Assembly (NCBI GenBank): GCA_964396595.1
Contig: CAYNFR010000011.1
Coordinates: 22,848-86,847 of the forward strand
Reading direction: 5' to 3'
Length of the DNA stretch: 64,000 bases
Origin: an uncultured Saprospiraceae bacterium
Lineage (GTDB): Bacteria > Bacteroidota > Bacteroidia > Chitinophagales > Saprospiraceae
Positions 19,577 through 30,202 of this stretch are shown piece after piece. Both the position numbers and the translations under genes were made by a program. Positions within the stretch are counted from its first letter, which is position 1; each line of letters opens with the position of its first letter. Below the pieces are notes generated by a model. The model was not told where the DNA came from. It ran no database searches and saw only the letters and a program-made list of their open reading frames with translations.

Positions 19577-20638
19577 TTGGGAATCCTTCATACACTAATC
19601 TATCTTTTGACAATGTTTTATAAAACCATCATCCAAGGCCGGCTCACTTTTGGTACACTGAGAAGCTACGAAAAAGTGATTCAAATGTATGAATACCGGA
19701 CAGAGACTTACTATAAGTCTGATATCCTATTGACCAAAGAGGATATATTCGATGATGTGTATCTGCATCTTAATATTCCAAGGTTTGTAGGCAATGCGAG
19801 TGAAAAAGCATTTAAGAACACCGTAGACTTGTTAGTGTACAGTGCGCAGTTTGCCGTCTCCGGTAATATTCAAATGTGGATGATCGAAGAAGGCAAAGTA
19901 TTATCTCACGAATCTATTGAACCTAAGAGTGATAGAGCAGTAGTCCAAGATTTCATCAAAGGAGAGGAGTTATTTAATGAGGGCTTCGCCCAATATGAAC
20001 AAGCCAAGAAGTCATTTGACAGTGCGTTAGAGAAGTTTGACAAACATGGACAAGCCTATGAACGTCGCGGATGGGTAAACCTAAGGCTTAAAAATTATAG
20101 CGATGCGCTCTATGATTTTAACAAGGCCTTAGCAATCGACGAATCGATAGCATTCGCTCATTATGGAAAGGCCATAATCTTGCAGAATTCTGCCTATTAT
20201 CAGGAGGCACTCGAGTACTTTGACAACACGGTCAGAAAGTCTGTTGCCTTAGAATCCATTCATTGGCGTGCACGCTTCAAGAAAGCAGAATGCCATGTCG
20301 AACTGGGTGAGTTTGACAAAGCGGCTTTCGAACTAAAGTTTTTTACGAATAGAAAATTCGACAAAGGAGATCCCAATATCCGCAGAAGATCAAAAGCATA
20401 TGCCCTTTATGGACAAGTATTTCACGAGCTAGGTGAATACGAAAATGCACTAACCGCCATCGATAAGGCTTTTCAACAATATACTCCCGAGTCTAAAGGT
20501 TTCAACGAAATGGAAAGCCTCTACCATAAGGCACTGTCAAAGAAAAAATTAGGCAAAAAAGACTATCTGGATGATCTTCAAAAATCCTCCGACAAAGGTT
20601 TTAGCCCCGCCAAGGAACTTCTAGCTTCATTAAAATAA
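19577..20638 (+). CDS. Tetratricopeptide-repeat protein
   Basis: Repeated 34-aa TPR-like units (AYERRGWVNLRLKNYSDALYDFNKALAID..., AHYGKAIILQNSAYYQEALEYFDNTV...). Confidence 0.5.
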   Translation: MGILHTLIYLLTMFYKTIIQGRLTFGTLRSYEKVIQMYEYRTETYYKSDILLTKEDIFDDVYLHLNIPRFVGNASEKAFKNTVDLLVYSAQFAVSGNIQMWMIEEGKVLSHESIEPKSDRAVVQDFIKGEELFNEGFAQYEQAKKSFDSALEKFDKHGQAYERRGWVNLRLKNYSDALYDFNKALAIDESIAFAHYGKAIILQNSAYYQEALEYFDNTVRKSVALESIHWRARFKKAECHVELGEFDKAAFELKFFTNRKFDKGDPNIRRRSKAYALYGQVFHELGEYENALTAIDKAFQQYTPESKGFNEMESLYHKALSKKKLGKKDYLDDLQKSSDKGFSPAKELLASLK

Positions 20639-20704
20639 GCAGAATATCTACCCATTCTCCTCAATAACAAATGGTCTGACTGACCGTTAGATAATTCATG
20701 ATAA

Positions 20705-22672
20705 TTGATGGAGATGTCTTTACGATTCTTAAACATTCATACTAGTACAAATCAGCGGATCATTTCACACAATAAGTGGTATGAAGTGACTTTATGGATA
20801 CTTTTTATGGCTTTAATAGGCTGCACAGCGTCTCAAGATAATGGTCGCCAGAGCAAGTTACCTCCTTCTCGTCTTAATACACCCACGAAGATCGACAATA
20901 TTGCCATCCGAAAAAAAGTCATCGAACTTGAGAAAGAAAGACTTAAAAAACCTTCAGACGAAAAGCTTTTGCTAGAACTCGCCGCTGCTTATTTAGATCT
21001 CGAAGATGAATCCAATGCGACAGAAATTCTTGAAGTATTGGTACGGTTGCCGACATCAGAAGCCAAAGTTTATAGCTCGCTCGCATCTATTTATAGAAGA
21101 AGACTGAGAGTTGACGAAGCGATACAGTTAATGAATACTTTCATTTCGTTGTCTACATCATCCAGTCATGAGCGAGCAAGAAAAGAACTTGCTGAGCTGA
21201 CATCGATGAAAAGTATTTTAGAAACAAAGTATGAACTACTTATCGAGCGCCTACCTTCACCTATTAACTCCTCCTACAGCGAATACCTCGCTCAGTTTAG
21301 TGCTGATCAACAAAATCTGGTATTTACAAGACGCGTGTTTGACCAAGAAGATCTATTTGAGGCTAGCTTCAATGCGGATGGCACCATAGACCTTCGTGGA
21401 CTTAACGAATTGAATACCGATGCTAATGAGGGTGCACATTGCTTGAGTGCTGATGGACAAATCCTCTATTTTACACGATGTCAAAAGGATGCTGGATTTG
21501 GCAAATGTGATATTTATCAATCCATGCGCAAGGATACCGGCTGGTCAGCCCCGCGTAATCTCGGTGGAAACGTCAATTCAGAACATTGGGATGCCCAACC
21601 ATCATTATCTGCGGATGGCAAGACACTCTACTTCGTCAGTAATCGACCGGGCTCTCAAGGAGGATCGGATATATGGTACAGTAAGAGAGGTCAGGATGGT
21701 CGCTGGTTACCAGCAGTCAATGCCGGGCCAGTGATTAATTCTAGGGTTAATGAAAGTGCACCTTTTATACATGCCGATGGAAGGACATTGTATTTTCAAT
21801 CCGATGGTCATCCAGGTTTAGGAAAACAGGACATATTTATGTCTCGATATGATCCTGAAAAAGGATGGAGTACCCCGGTTAACTTAGCTTATCCTATCAA
21901 TACTTCCGGCAACGAAGGTGCAATGGTAGTCAACCTTGAGGGTACCAAAGGATATTATGCAACAGATGTCATCGATGGGATCAAACACGACAACCTTGAC
22001 ATTGTGGCATTTAATCTCCCTGAATTATTCCGCCCTTCGCCTATGACATTCATCAAGGGTCGAATCACTGATCGAGATTCGCGGTTACCTCTGAAAGCAA
22101 GTATCACCGTAGTTTCCCTAGATCAACGAGACACCATCATCCGCAACGGAACAAACTTTAATGGAGAATTTCTCGTGGCTGTGCCGGTCGGTAAACGCCT
22201 CGCTATCCACATTGAAAAAGAAGATTATCTCTTTTACTCAGATTTTGTTTCATTCGAGGAGGCAAGACTCGGTATCGAACCATATAGATTTAATGCTATG
22301 CTCGAAGCCATTACCGAGGAGGAAGGACAATACAGCTCACCCACTATTTTGAATAATTTATTTTTTACCACTGGCAGTGCAGACTTGCTTCCAGAATCAG
22401 CGATTGAACTTGAATATTTAGTCGGACTATTGCAAAAATATCCGGATAAAAAAATGGAAGTAATCGGACATACCGATAATACCGGAAGTATTGAGCTTAA
22501 CAGTCAACTATCAGCTGATCGCGCTTCCAGCGTCAAGCAGGCCTTGATTAATATGGGAATAAGTGAAAATAGAATAATTGCCATCGGCAAAGGAGAATCA
22601 GAGCCTATCGCAGACAATTCGACCGAGGAAGGGCGAAGAAAGAATAGAAGAGTTGAATTCAGGATTTATTAA
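20705..22672 (+). CDS. OmpA-family protein with N-terminal TPR region, PD40/TolB-like beta-propeller repeats and a C-terminal OmpA domain
   Basis: PD40-like repeats (DGKTLYFVSNRPGSQGGSDIWYS, DGRTLYFQSDGHPGLGKQDIFMS). The C-terminal OmpA-like domain reads TGSADLLPES...MEVIGHTDNTGS...NSQLSADRASSV...NRRVEFRI. Confidence 0.75.
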   Translation: MMEMSLRFLNIHTSTNQRIISHNKWYEVTLWILFMALIGCTASQDNGRQSKLPPSRLNTPTKIDNIAIRKKVIELEKERLKKPSDEKLLLELAAAYLDLEDESNATEILEVLVRLPTSEAKVYSSLASIYRRRLRVDEAIQLMNTFISLSTSSSHERARKELAELTSMKSILETKYELLIERLPSPINSSYSEYLAQFSADQQNLVFTRRVFDQEDLFEASFNADGTIDLRGLNELNTDANEGAHCLSADGQILYFTRCQKDAGFGKCDIYQSMRKDTGWSAPRNLGGNVNSEHWDAQPSLSADGKTLYFVSNRPGSQGGSDIWYSKRGQDGRWLPAVNAGPVINSRVNESAPFIHADGRTLYFQSDGHPGLGKQDIFMSRYDPEKGWSTPVNLAYPINTSGNEGAMVVNLEGTKGYYATDVIDGIKHDNLDIVAFNLPELFRPSPMTFIKGRITDRDSRLPLKASITVVSLDQRDTIIRNGTNFNGEFLVAVPVGKRLAIHIEKEDYLFYSDFVSFEEARLGIEPYRFNAMLEAITEEEGQYSSPTILNNLFFTTGSADLLPESAIELEYLVGLLQKYPDKKMEVIGHTDNTGSIELNSQLSADRASSVKQALINMGISENRIIAIGKGESEPIADNSTEEGRRKNRRVEFRIY

Positions 22673-22690
22673 TTATTATCGATACAAGCA

Positions 22691-24127
22691 GTGGCAAGAA
22701 AAAAACGCATTATACCGGACGTTGAAATTATTGATATAGGCGATAAAGGACTCGCTATCGGACGCACCTCGGACGGTGAAATATGCCTGATTGACGAAGG
22801 CCCTGTCCCGGGTGATGTGATTAATATGATCTATTTACGAAAAAAGAAGGGCTTAAAATTTGGGGCAGTCCATGAATTTATTCGCCTCTCGCCGCATCGG
22901 GTGGACTCGTTCTGTAAACATTTCGAATACTGTGGTGGATGCAAATGGCAGCATCTGGACTATTCGCAGCAGTTACATCTCAAGCAATCAGCAGTAAAAA
23001 ACGCCATCCGACGAATAGCTAAAGAAGATGATGCGAAAGTCAAAGATATCAAAGGATGCACGCTCAACCGGTACTACAGAAATAAGCTGGAATATACCTT
23101 TTCGACAAAGAGATGGCTCACACCTTTAGAAATAAGTAGTGCGGAGGCAATAACCAATCGCGAAGGACTGGGTTTTCATATTTCCGGGGCTTTTGACAAG
23201 GTGCTCAATATTGAGGAGTGTCATCTTCAGGATAATCATACTGATACCTTGCGCAATGGTTTCAGAGAACTAGCTGCCACACATGGTTGGTCATATTATG
23301 ATATTCGCGCGCAAAAAGGTTTACTCAGAAACCTCCTCGTCAGAAATTCTACCTTGAATCAGTGGATGGTAATGGTGGTATTTGGCGAAGACGATATGAA
23401 GCTCATAGAAGAAGTGATGCAGCACGCCGTCAATAACTTCCCTAATGTTAATAGCTGGTACTATATGATCAATATGAAGGCCAATAGCAGCACCAGCGAC
23501 CTGACCGCAGTTCATTGGGCAGGCGAAACTCATATCGTCGAACAACTTACTCCTGCAGACAAAGCATACCCTCCTGTAAAGTATAAAATAAGTCCTAAGT
23601 CGTTTTTTCAGACTAATTCGCATCAGTCTTCCACTCTTTACGACGAAGCAGTTCACTATGCCGGACTGACAGGCAATGAAGTAGTATATGATCTTTACAC
23701 CGGCACCGGCAGCATAGCATTGTACCTAGCGAATCATGCCAAAAAAGTAGTCGGAATAGAAATTATAAAAGAGGCGATAGAAGATGCTCACATTAATGCC
23801 GCCATCAACGGAATTAACAACACTGAATTCGTGGTAGGCGATGTCAAAGATATCCTAGATCCGGATTTCACTAAGCATCATGGGACTCCAGATGTCCTGA
23901 TTACAGACCCTCCCCGTGCCGGTATGCAAGCAGAGGTAATTGAATATTTGCTTCGTATCGAAGCACCAAAAATAGTGTACATCAGCTGCAACCCTTCTAC
24001 ACAAGCCAGGGATATCTTGATGCTATCTAGCAAATACAAACTCAGTGCTGTCACCCCAGTGGATATGTTTCCACACACTAGTCATATCGAATCAGTAGCT
24101 TTGTTGACCTTAAACATGCGAGATTAA
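22691..24127 (+). CDS. rlmD: 23S rRNA (uracil-5)-methyltransferase RlmD/RumA family
   Basis: TRAM domain, Fe-S cysteine cluster (CKHFEYCGGCKWQH), SAM-methyltransferase motifs (VYDLYTGTGSIALYLA, DPPRAG). Confidence 0.8.
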   Translation: MARKKRIIPDVEIIDIGDKGLAIGRTSDGEICLIDEGPVPGDVINMIYLRKKKGLKFGAVHEFIRLSPHRVDSFCKHFEYCGGCKWQHLDYSQQLHLKQSAVKNAIRRIAKEDDAKVKDIKGCTLNRYYRNKLEYTFSTKRWLTPLEISSAEAITNREGLGFHISGAFDKVLNIEECHLQDNHTDTLRNGFRELAATHGWSYYDIRAQKGLLRNLLVRNSTLNQWMVMVVFGEDDMKLIEEVMQHAVNNFPNVNSWYYMINMKANSSTSDLTAVHWAGETHIVEQLTPADKAYPPVKYKISPKSFFQTNSHQSSTLYDEAVHYAGLTGNEVVYDLYTGTGSIALYLANHAKKVVGIEIIKEAIEDAHINAAINGINNTEFVVGDVKDILDPDFTKHHGTPDVLITDPPRAGMQAEVIEYLLRIEAPKIVYISCNPSTQARDILMLSSKYKLSAVTPVDMFPHTSHIESVALLTLNMRD

Positions 24128-24137
24128 ATTATAATCC

Positions 24138-24476
24138 ATGGATCACTACAAGGATATTGAGTTAGTGTTGATGAAATATACATTGCTCATGTCGCAAGCA
24201 AAGAAGGCGATATTAGCTGATGGTGTATCGAATTATCCGATTTTCGTCTTACATCGACAGGTTCTGGAACTAGGCGTTCCACTCGTAGATGCTGCTGAAG
24301 AAGGAGGAGATCAATGGTCATTACATGTAGCAACACTGGAAGAATTCGTCCAAAGGCAAATTATAGAAATAGAGCGCGTAGATGATTTCAGAGAAGTATA
24401 TAGAAATGCCACGGATCAGCATTGTGTGTTCGTCATTGCAGAAGTCGGTGCTAAGTTTTTATTTATTCCTGCTTAA
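24138..24476 (+). CDS. Hypothetical protein (112 aa)
   Basis: Coding-like ORF placed tightly between rlmD and rfbA. No recognisable motif. Confidence 0.35.
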   Translation: MDHYKDIELVLMKYTLLMSQAKKAILADGVSNYPIFVLHRQVLELGVPLVDAAEEGGDQWSLHVATLEEFVQRQIIEIERVDDFREVYRNATDQHCVFVIAEVGAKFLFIPA

Positions 24477-24529
24477 TTTTGTTCGAGCTATTAAATTAAT
24501 CAATCCATCAATCCATTATCTATAAAAAT

Positions 24530-25417
24530 ATGAAAGGAATCATTTTAGCCGGTGGACTCGGCACTCGTTTATATCCTTTGACATTGGCCATGAGCAAGCA
24601 AATGATGCCCATCTATGACAAGCCAATGATTTACTATCCCCTTTCTACCCTTATGCTGGCGGGGATAAGAGAGATCGCTATTATCTCCACCCCTGATCAT
24701 TTACCATTGTTCGAGCATCTGCTCGGTGACGGGGCGGAACTAGGCTGTCATTTTCAATACATACCTCAATACGTCCCCAATGGATTGGCGCAAGCCTTTG
24801 TCTTGGCAGAAGATTTTATCAATGGTGATGCAGCAGCCTTGGTTCTGGGAGACAATATTTTTTATGGTCAGAATCTTTCAAGATTACTCCAAGAATCGTA
24901 CAATCCGGACGGTGGAATTGTATTTGCATATCAAGTAAAAGATCCGGAGCGATACGGTGTAGTCGAGTTTAATGACCAACTCCAAGCGGTTTCTATTGAA
25001 GAAAAACCCGAAAAGCCAAAATCAAACTTCGCTGTCCCAGGACTCTACTTTTATGATAAGCAAGTTGTTGATATTGCCAAAAATATCCAACCTAGCCCAC
25101 GAGGTGAGTATGAAATCACAGATGTCAATAGATACTACCTCGAAGCCGGTAAACTCCATGTAAAAATCATGGGACGTGGTATGGCATGGCTTGACACAGG
25201 TACGCATCAATCTTTGATGCAGGCAGGTCAATTTATTCAGGTAATCGAAGAAAGACAAGGACTGAAAATAGGCTGTATCGAAGAGGTCGCGTATAAAATG
25301 AAATTCATCAATGACGAAGCACTAGATCGTCTCGGACATAAATATGCCAAGAGCGGCTATGGCGAATATCTATTAGATCTGCTTAAAACTAAAGCTTCAA
25401 GTAAATCGTTTCTGTAA
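24530..25417 (+). CDS. rfbA: Glucose-1-phosphate thymidylyltransferase
   Basis: [35 protein letters not shown] and GDNIFYG are canonical RfbA/RmlA blocks. Confidence 0.9.
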   Translation: MKGIILAGGLGTRLYPLTLAMSKQMMPIYDKPMIYYPLSTLMLAGIREIAIISTPDHLPLFEHLLGDGAELGCHFQYIPQYVPNGLAQAFVLAEDFINGDAAALVLGDNIFYGQNLSRLLQESYNPDGGIVFAYQVKDPERYGVVEFNDQLQAVSIEEKPEKPKSNFAVPGLYFYDKQVVDIAKNIQPSPRGEYEITDVNRYYLEAGKLHVKIMGRGMAWLDTGTHQSLMQAGQFIQVIEERQGLKIGCIEEVAYKMKFINDEALDRLGHKYAKSGYGEYLLDLLKTKASSKSFL

Positions 25418-25450
25418 GACCTCTCGCTCAACAAATCAGCTCGGGAGAGA

Positions 25451-26563
25451 TTGCAATTTATGCAGCAGATAGAACCCAAAGTTTCGGAAACACAAGAAAA
25501 GGAAGTACTCAGCAGTCTTAGCTCTTATAAAGTCATCTTACCGATGATCATCGGCCTCGGTGTCATCCTTTACATGTTTTTTAGACAAGTGGAGCTTGAG
25601 GAGTTGGGAAAAATCAATTGGAATCTTCCGTCATTTACGTGGATATTGATAGCGATTATTTCTTACTCTTTGCGCCATGTACTTTATTCATGGCGTCTGA
25701 GGATATTATCGGATAGAGATTTCGGATGGATGAAGAGTATAGAGCTAGTGACTATACTCGAATTTGCCAGTGCGGTGTCCCCTACTAATTTTGGTGGTTC
25801 CGCAGTCGCCTTCTTTTTATTGATTCAAGAAAGCATCGAAGGCGCGCGTGCCACAGCGATCGTATTGTACACGATCATTGTTGACACGCTTTTTTTTGCG
25901 GTGACAATTCCGATATTCTACGTGCTATTCGGAAGAAATTTCTTTATGTCAGGTACAGAATTAAAGATAGGTTGGGGTGGACTCGAGTTTACCTTACTGA
26001 TCGTCTGGTTGATCATGGTGATATACGGTGGCATTATGACTTATGGCCTTTTTGTCAGACCCGTACATTTAAAGAGAATACTCTATTGGTTTTCTAAATT
26101 GCGCATATTCGGAAAAACCAAGGATAAGATTCGACAAGCTGGAAGAGACATAGAAGTCAGTAGTAGAGAATTGAACAGCAAGCCCATTTCTTTTCATATC
26201 AATCTAGGGCTGATCACCTTGATGGCTTGGATATTCAGATTTTTTACTGTTTCGGCTATTCTTTTAGCCTTAAATCCCGGGATGCCGCAGACTATCATGG
26301 ATCATATCACACTACTCGGGAGAGGAGAGGCATTATATGCCATTACAGCATATAGCCCTACGCCTGGTGGCAGTGGTGTAGCAGAATTAATTTTTGGGCA
26401 ATTTTATGCAGAGTATATTTCTCCCGGCATAGCCGTGGTAGCTGCTTTTATATGGCGTATGATCACATACTATCCTTATCTTATTTTGGGTGTTATTATC
26501 ATCCCGATGTGGTTTCGTAAACTTTTGATTAAGAGACAATTGGCTGCTCAGATCAGTAATTAA
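25451..26563 (+). CDS. Polytopic membrane protein, possibly flippase-like or lysylphosphatidylglycerol-synthase TM-domain family
   Basis: 370 aa with about 8 TM helices. The family assignment is tentative. Confidence 0.4.
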   Translation: MQFMQQIEPKVSETQEKEVLSSLSSYKVILPMIIGLGVILYMFFRQVELEELGKINWNLPSFTWILIAIISYSLRHVLYSWRLRILSDRDFGWMKSIELVTILEFASAVSPTNFGGSAVAFFLLIQESIEGARATAIVLYTIIVDTLFFAVTIPIFYVLFGRNFFMSGTELKIGWGGLEFTLLIVWLIMVIYGGIMTYGLFVRPVHLKRILYWFSKLRIFGKTKDKIRQAGRDIEVSSRELNSKPISFHINLGLITLMAWIFRFFTVSAILLALNPGMPQTIMDHITLLGRGEALYAITAYSPTPGGSGVAELIFGQFYAEYISPGIAVVAAFIWRMITYYPYLILGVIIIPMWFRKLLIKRQLAAQISN

Positions 26564-26573
26564 TCGGCACATT

Positions 26574-27095
26574 ATGAAGAAAATAATTTTACTCGTATTA
26601 GCATTAATCATAGGGGTATGGGTCTATGATTATTTTCTCAAACCACCACAGTTTAAAGCTGGGGAGGTCGCACCGGACTTTGAAGCAGAATTAATCAGCG
26701 GTGCGCCGTTCAAGCTTTCGGATCTCCGTGGAAATTATGTCTTGCTAGATTTCTGGGGGTCATGGTGTGGGCCTTGTCTCAAGGAAATACCGGATTTGAA
26801 ATCTTTTAAAAGTAGATTTGCAGAAGTCACCTTTGCCAATGATGCTAAACTAATGATCGTCAGTGTAGCACTTGAAAAATCTGATAAATTTACCAGAGCA
26901 ATTATCGAAAGAGAAGAATTGAACTGGCCTCATCATATAATTGATGTTCGTCCGGTGGTTATGTTAAGTCCGATAGCTCAAAAATATAGTGTAAAAGAAC
27001 TCCCATCAAAATTTCTTATTAACCCTGCGGGTGAAATATTGGCTACTAATTTGTCTTACGAACATATGGCCAAAATTCTGCAATCTCAACGTTAA
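26574..27095 (+). CDS. TlpA-family thiol:disulfide oxidoreductase (thioredoxin fold)
   Basis: FWGSWCGPC active site (CxxC) after an N-terminal membrane anchor. Confidence 0.75.
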   Translation: MKKIILLVLALIIGVWVYDYFLKPPQFKAGEVAPDFEAELISGAPFKLSDLRGNYVLLDFWGSWCGPCLKEIPDLKSFKSRFAEVTFANDAKLMIVSVALEKSDKFTRAIIEREELNWPHHIIDVRPVVMLSPIAQKYSVKELPSKFLINPAGEILATNLSYEHMAKILQSQR

Positions 27096-27102
27096 CATTG
27101 AT

Positions 27103-28131
27103 ATGAAAGCCTACTTTCTCGTCAAAAATGGACATGCTGATAAAGCCTTTGAACTCCGAGAAACGGCTATTCCATCCATCAGCATCGGGCAAGTATTGAT
27201 TCGAGTAGAAGCGTTCGGGCTTAACTTTGCTGATGTTATGGCTCGCAAAGGTCTGTATCCGGAAGCACCAAAAAAGCCGGCTATTTTAGGATATGATGTT
27301 GTCGGGAGAGTAGAGGAAATATCAACCGAATTAGACCGCAAGCTGATAGGTAAACGAGTGCTGGCACTTACGAGATTTGGCGGCTACGCCGAATATGTCT
27401 CAACAGATATAAATGGTGTAGTGATAATACCTGAGGATATGCCGGTTGGTATTGCTACAGCATTGGCTACACAAGCTGCTACTGCTGTCTATATGACAGA
27501 AGAATTAATCCGAATGCATAAGGGAGAACATGTACTGATTCATTCCGCTGCAGGAGGTGTGGGTTCTATCCTGGTTCAGCTCGCCCTGCATCACGGATGC
27601 TACGTGCATGCCACGGCAGGAGGAAAGCAAAAAATCCAGCGTCTTCATGATATGGGGGTACATCATGCTATTGATTATGTGTATGAGGATTTTGAAAAAA
27701 CCGTAAAAAAGCGACTATCAGAAATACCCAAGGATGGTGTAGATGTAGTGTTTGATGCTGTAGGCGGTAAGAGTATTAAAAAAGGTGTAAAGCTTCTGGG
27801 CGCAGGAGGGCGAATGATCATGTACGGTGCTTCTGCATTTACTTCCGCCAGGAACATATTCGGCCAGTTATCAACCCTTCTTGGTTTCGGATTTTATCAT
27901 CCCCTAGGTCTGCTCAATCCATCTAAGTCTCTATTGGCAATCAATATGCTCCAGATAGCAGACAAACAACCCGAAGTTCTCAATCGTGTACTCCGCAAAT
28001 CAGTAGATCTAGCCGATCAAAAAGTCATCTCGCCTTACATCGGCGGTGTGTATCCATATACAGAACTAGCAGAAGCACACGAAAAACTTGGACAGCGAGA
28101 CACTATGGGTAAAATCACCATACAATGGTGA
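27103..28131 (+). CDS. Zinc-independent MDR-family NAD(P)H quinone oxidoreductase-like protein
   Basis: The MDR N-terminal domain and Rossmann AAGGVGS motif are present. I chose the start at ATG 27103 (MKAYFLV...), after the TlpA stop, because the ORF-track start at 27031 overlaps TlpA. Confidence 0.7.
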   Translation: MKAYFLVKNGHADKAFELRETAIPSISIGQVLIRVEAFGLNFADVMARKGLYPEAPKKPAILGYDVVGRVEEISTELDRKLIGKRVLALTRFGGYAEYVSTDINGVVIIPEDMPVGIATALATQAATAVYMTEELIRMHKGEHVLIHSAAGGVGSILVQLALHHGCYVHATAGGKQKIQRLHDMGVHHAIDYVYEDFEKTVKKRLSEIPKDGVDVVFDAVGGKSIKKGVKLLGAGGRMIMYGASAFTSARNIFGQLSTLLGFGFYHPLGLLNPSKSLLAINMLQIADKQPEVLNRVLRKSVDLADQKVISPYIGGVYPYTELAEAHEKLGQRDTMGKITIQW

Positions 28132-28190
28132 GAGCATTCAAAAATGCGATCCTCCGATTCAGCTAGCTGACGAGAATTGAACCCTAGTTA

Positions 28191-28565
28191 TCAAAATGGC
28201 AAATCATCCTCCTGGTCGCCTGATGACAAATCAGTCGGCGCTTTAGCATAAGCATCCCAAGGCACTTCTCCGGCAGAACTGCTCGGCGCAGCCTCCGCGT
28301 TTCCTTTTACAATTTTCCAAGCCTTAACATTAGTGTACCAGCGACCATTGTATTCTCGCGAATCAATATCAATACTAGCTATGACCTCGTCACCTACAGC
28401 CAATTTATAGTTATCGATATTATCACCCCATAGTGATATACACACCTGTCTCTTATAATTGCCGGGGATATCAATAATAAGCTCTTGCTTGCGCCATGCG
28501 CGATCCCCTGATCCTGACCCGGATTGTTCCGCTAGTAATTGAGATACTGTTCCTTTGATTTCCAT
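28191..28565 (-). CDS. DUF3127 domain-containing protein
   Basis: MEIKGTVSQLL...QELIIDIPGNYKRQVCISLWGDNID followed by a low-complexity acidic tail. This pattern is typical of Bacteroidota DUF3127. Confidence 0.5.
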   Translation of the reverse strand: MEIKGTVSQLLAEQSGSGSGDRAWRKQELIIDIPGNYKRQVCISLWGDNIDNYKLAVGDEVIASIDIDSREYNGRWYTNVKAWKIVKGNAEAAPSSSAGEVPWDAYAKAPTDLSSGDQEDDLPF

Positions 28566-28699
28566 ATTTCGTCAATCTTATTAACTACAATAGTAATACA
28601 ATTGTTTCTATCACCCAAATCAATCTATGATTCTGATTTTTACATTTCTATGACAAAGAACACATATATGGGTACTACATTTGCTGATGTAAGAGGCAT

Positions 28700-29929
28700 A
28701 TGCTAGACAACTATAAAATCATAACGATTAGTCATAAAGATCTGGTAACCGAGGATCTGGCTAATTTCATTTGTAAGCATGATACATCAACACAATTAGT
28801 CGACAGACTTAAGGAGCAATGCCGCTTATTTAATCAAGATGAAATCCTGTACCTTTCGACCTGTAATAGAGTTATGTATCTGCTGTACGGTCAGGGTTCT
28901 CTAAGAGGTAGAACCGCAGTAGAGTTTATTGCCCATATCAACCCTGATCTACAGAACGATAGCCACACTCGTCTTGATAAGTTTATACAGTATTACGAAG
29001 GAACAGACGCTGTGCGGCATCTCTTTGAGGTCTGCTCTTCAATAGACTCGCTGGTGGTCGGCGAAAGAGAAATATTCAGGCAGTTCCGAGAAGCTTATCA
29101 ATTTTCGCGTACTGCAGGATTGTCCGGTGATGCCATCAGAATACTGGAAAAAGCGACTGTGAGAACGGCTAAAGATGTGTACACCAATACGCATATCGGC
29201 GCCAAACCAGTATCTATAGTTTCATTGGCAATCCAGGAGTTTTTGAAAAGAAAAGTATCTAAAACCGGGAATATTCTATTGATCGGTTCGGGAGAGACGA
29301 ATAGCACTGTAGGCAGGTTTCTTAAGAAAAACGGTTACCATAACATCGTTATCTTTAATCGCTCTCTTAATAACGCCCTGGAATTATCCCAGGACTTAAA
29401 AGCTAAGGCTTATCACCTTAAAGAACTAGCTAATTATCGAGAAGGTTTCGATGCTATTTTTGCTTGTACGGCTGCTCAAGAGGCCATTCTAACAGAAAAT
29501 ATTTTCGACACTATTACAACTAATGATCAGCGCAAGGTTTTAGTCGATCTCTCCATACCACGCAACATCTGTCAAAATGTAGCGAATTATAAGCAAGTCG
29601 AATATATCAGCATTGACAGCCTCAGAAGTTTGGCTGAAGAAAACCTTCGCGCACGCAGTGGGAATATCGCCGCAGCCAGAATAATCCTCAATAGCTATAT
29701 CTCTGATTTTGAATTATTGTATCGTGTCAGAAATATTGAAAGATCATTTAGTGCCTTACCTCAGGAAATAGATAAAATCAGAGATCGGGCATTAGAAAAA
29801 ATATATAAGTCAAAGTTAGAACGGTTACAACCGGAAGCGATCGAACTCATAGAAGAAATAACAGCTTATATGGCGAAGAAATGTATTGCCGCCCCGATCA
29901 AGCTCGCCAAGAAAACAGTGGCAAGCTAG
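28700..29929 (+). CDS. hemA: Glutamyl-tRNA reductase
   Basis: LSTCNRVMYLL contains the catalytic Cys in the TCNR motif. NADPH-binding GSGETNSTVGRFL...IFNRS. C-terminal dimerisation helix. Confidence 0.85.
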   Translation: MLDNYKIITISHKDLVTEDLANFICKHDTSTQLVDRLKEQCRLFNQDEILYLSTCNRVMYLLYGQGSLRGRTAVEFIAHINPDLQNDSHTRLDKFIQYYEGTDAVRHLFEVCSSIDSLVVGEREIFRQFREAYQFSRTAGLSGDAIRILEKATVRTAKDVYTNTHIGAKPVSIVSLAIQEFLKRKVSKTGNILLIGSGETNSTVGRFLKKNGYHNIVIFNRSLNNALELSQDLKAKAYHLKELANYREGFDAIFACTAAQEAILTENIFDTITTNDQRKVLVDLSIPRNICQNVANYKQVEYISIDSLRSLAEENLRARSGNIAAARIILNSYISDFELLYRVRNIERSFSALPQEIDKIRDRALEKIYKSKLERLQPEAIELIEEITAYMAKKCIAAPIKLAKKTVAS

Positions 29930-30202
29930 CCCTGCACACGAGATCGCCTTCAGCGCATTGAACGTATGCAAATTAGTGATTTTAGTGAAGTTATAATTAA
30001 TCCCATGGATCAGTTATTGGGTAAAACATAATGTCCATGATACGCATAAGTAGGTGTATCGACATGAACTACGCTAAAATGAATGCAATAGATAGAATAC
30101 AGTATAGTTCTTCCATCGTAGCGTTTCAATTGATAAACTGATTTCAATAGAGATTATTTAGCCTAGTCACAAGCTCAGAAAAACCTATATTTTTGCGCCC
30201 CT

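Noticed and set aside
27031-27102. ORF-track start of the MDR oxidoreductase at 27031, which overlaps TlpA
   Set aside because: The conserved MDR N-terminus starts at MKAYFLV (ATG 27103), right after the TlpA stop. The extension is probably an in-frame artefact.
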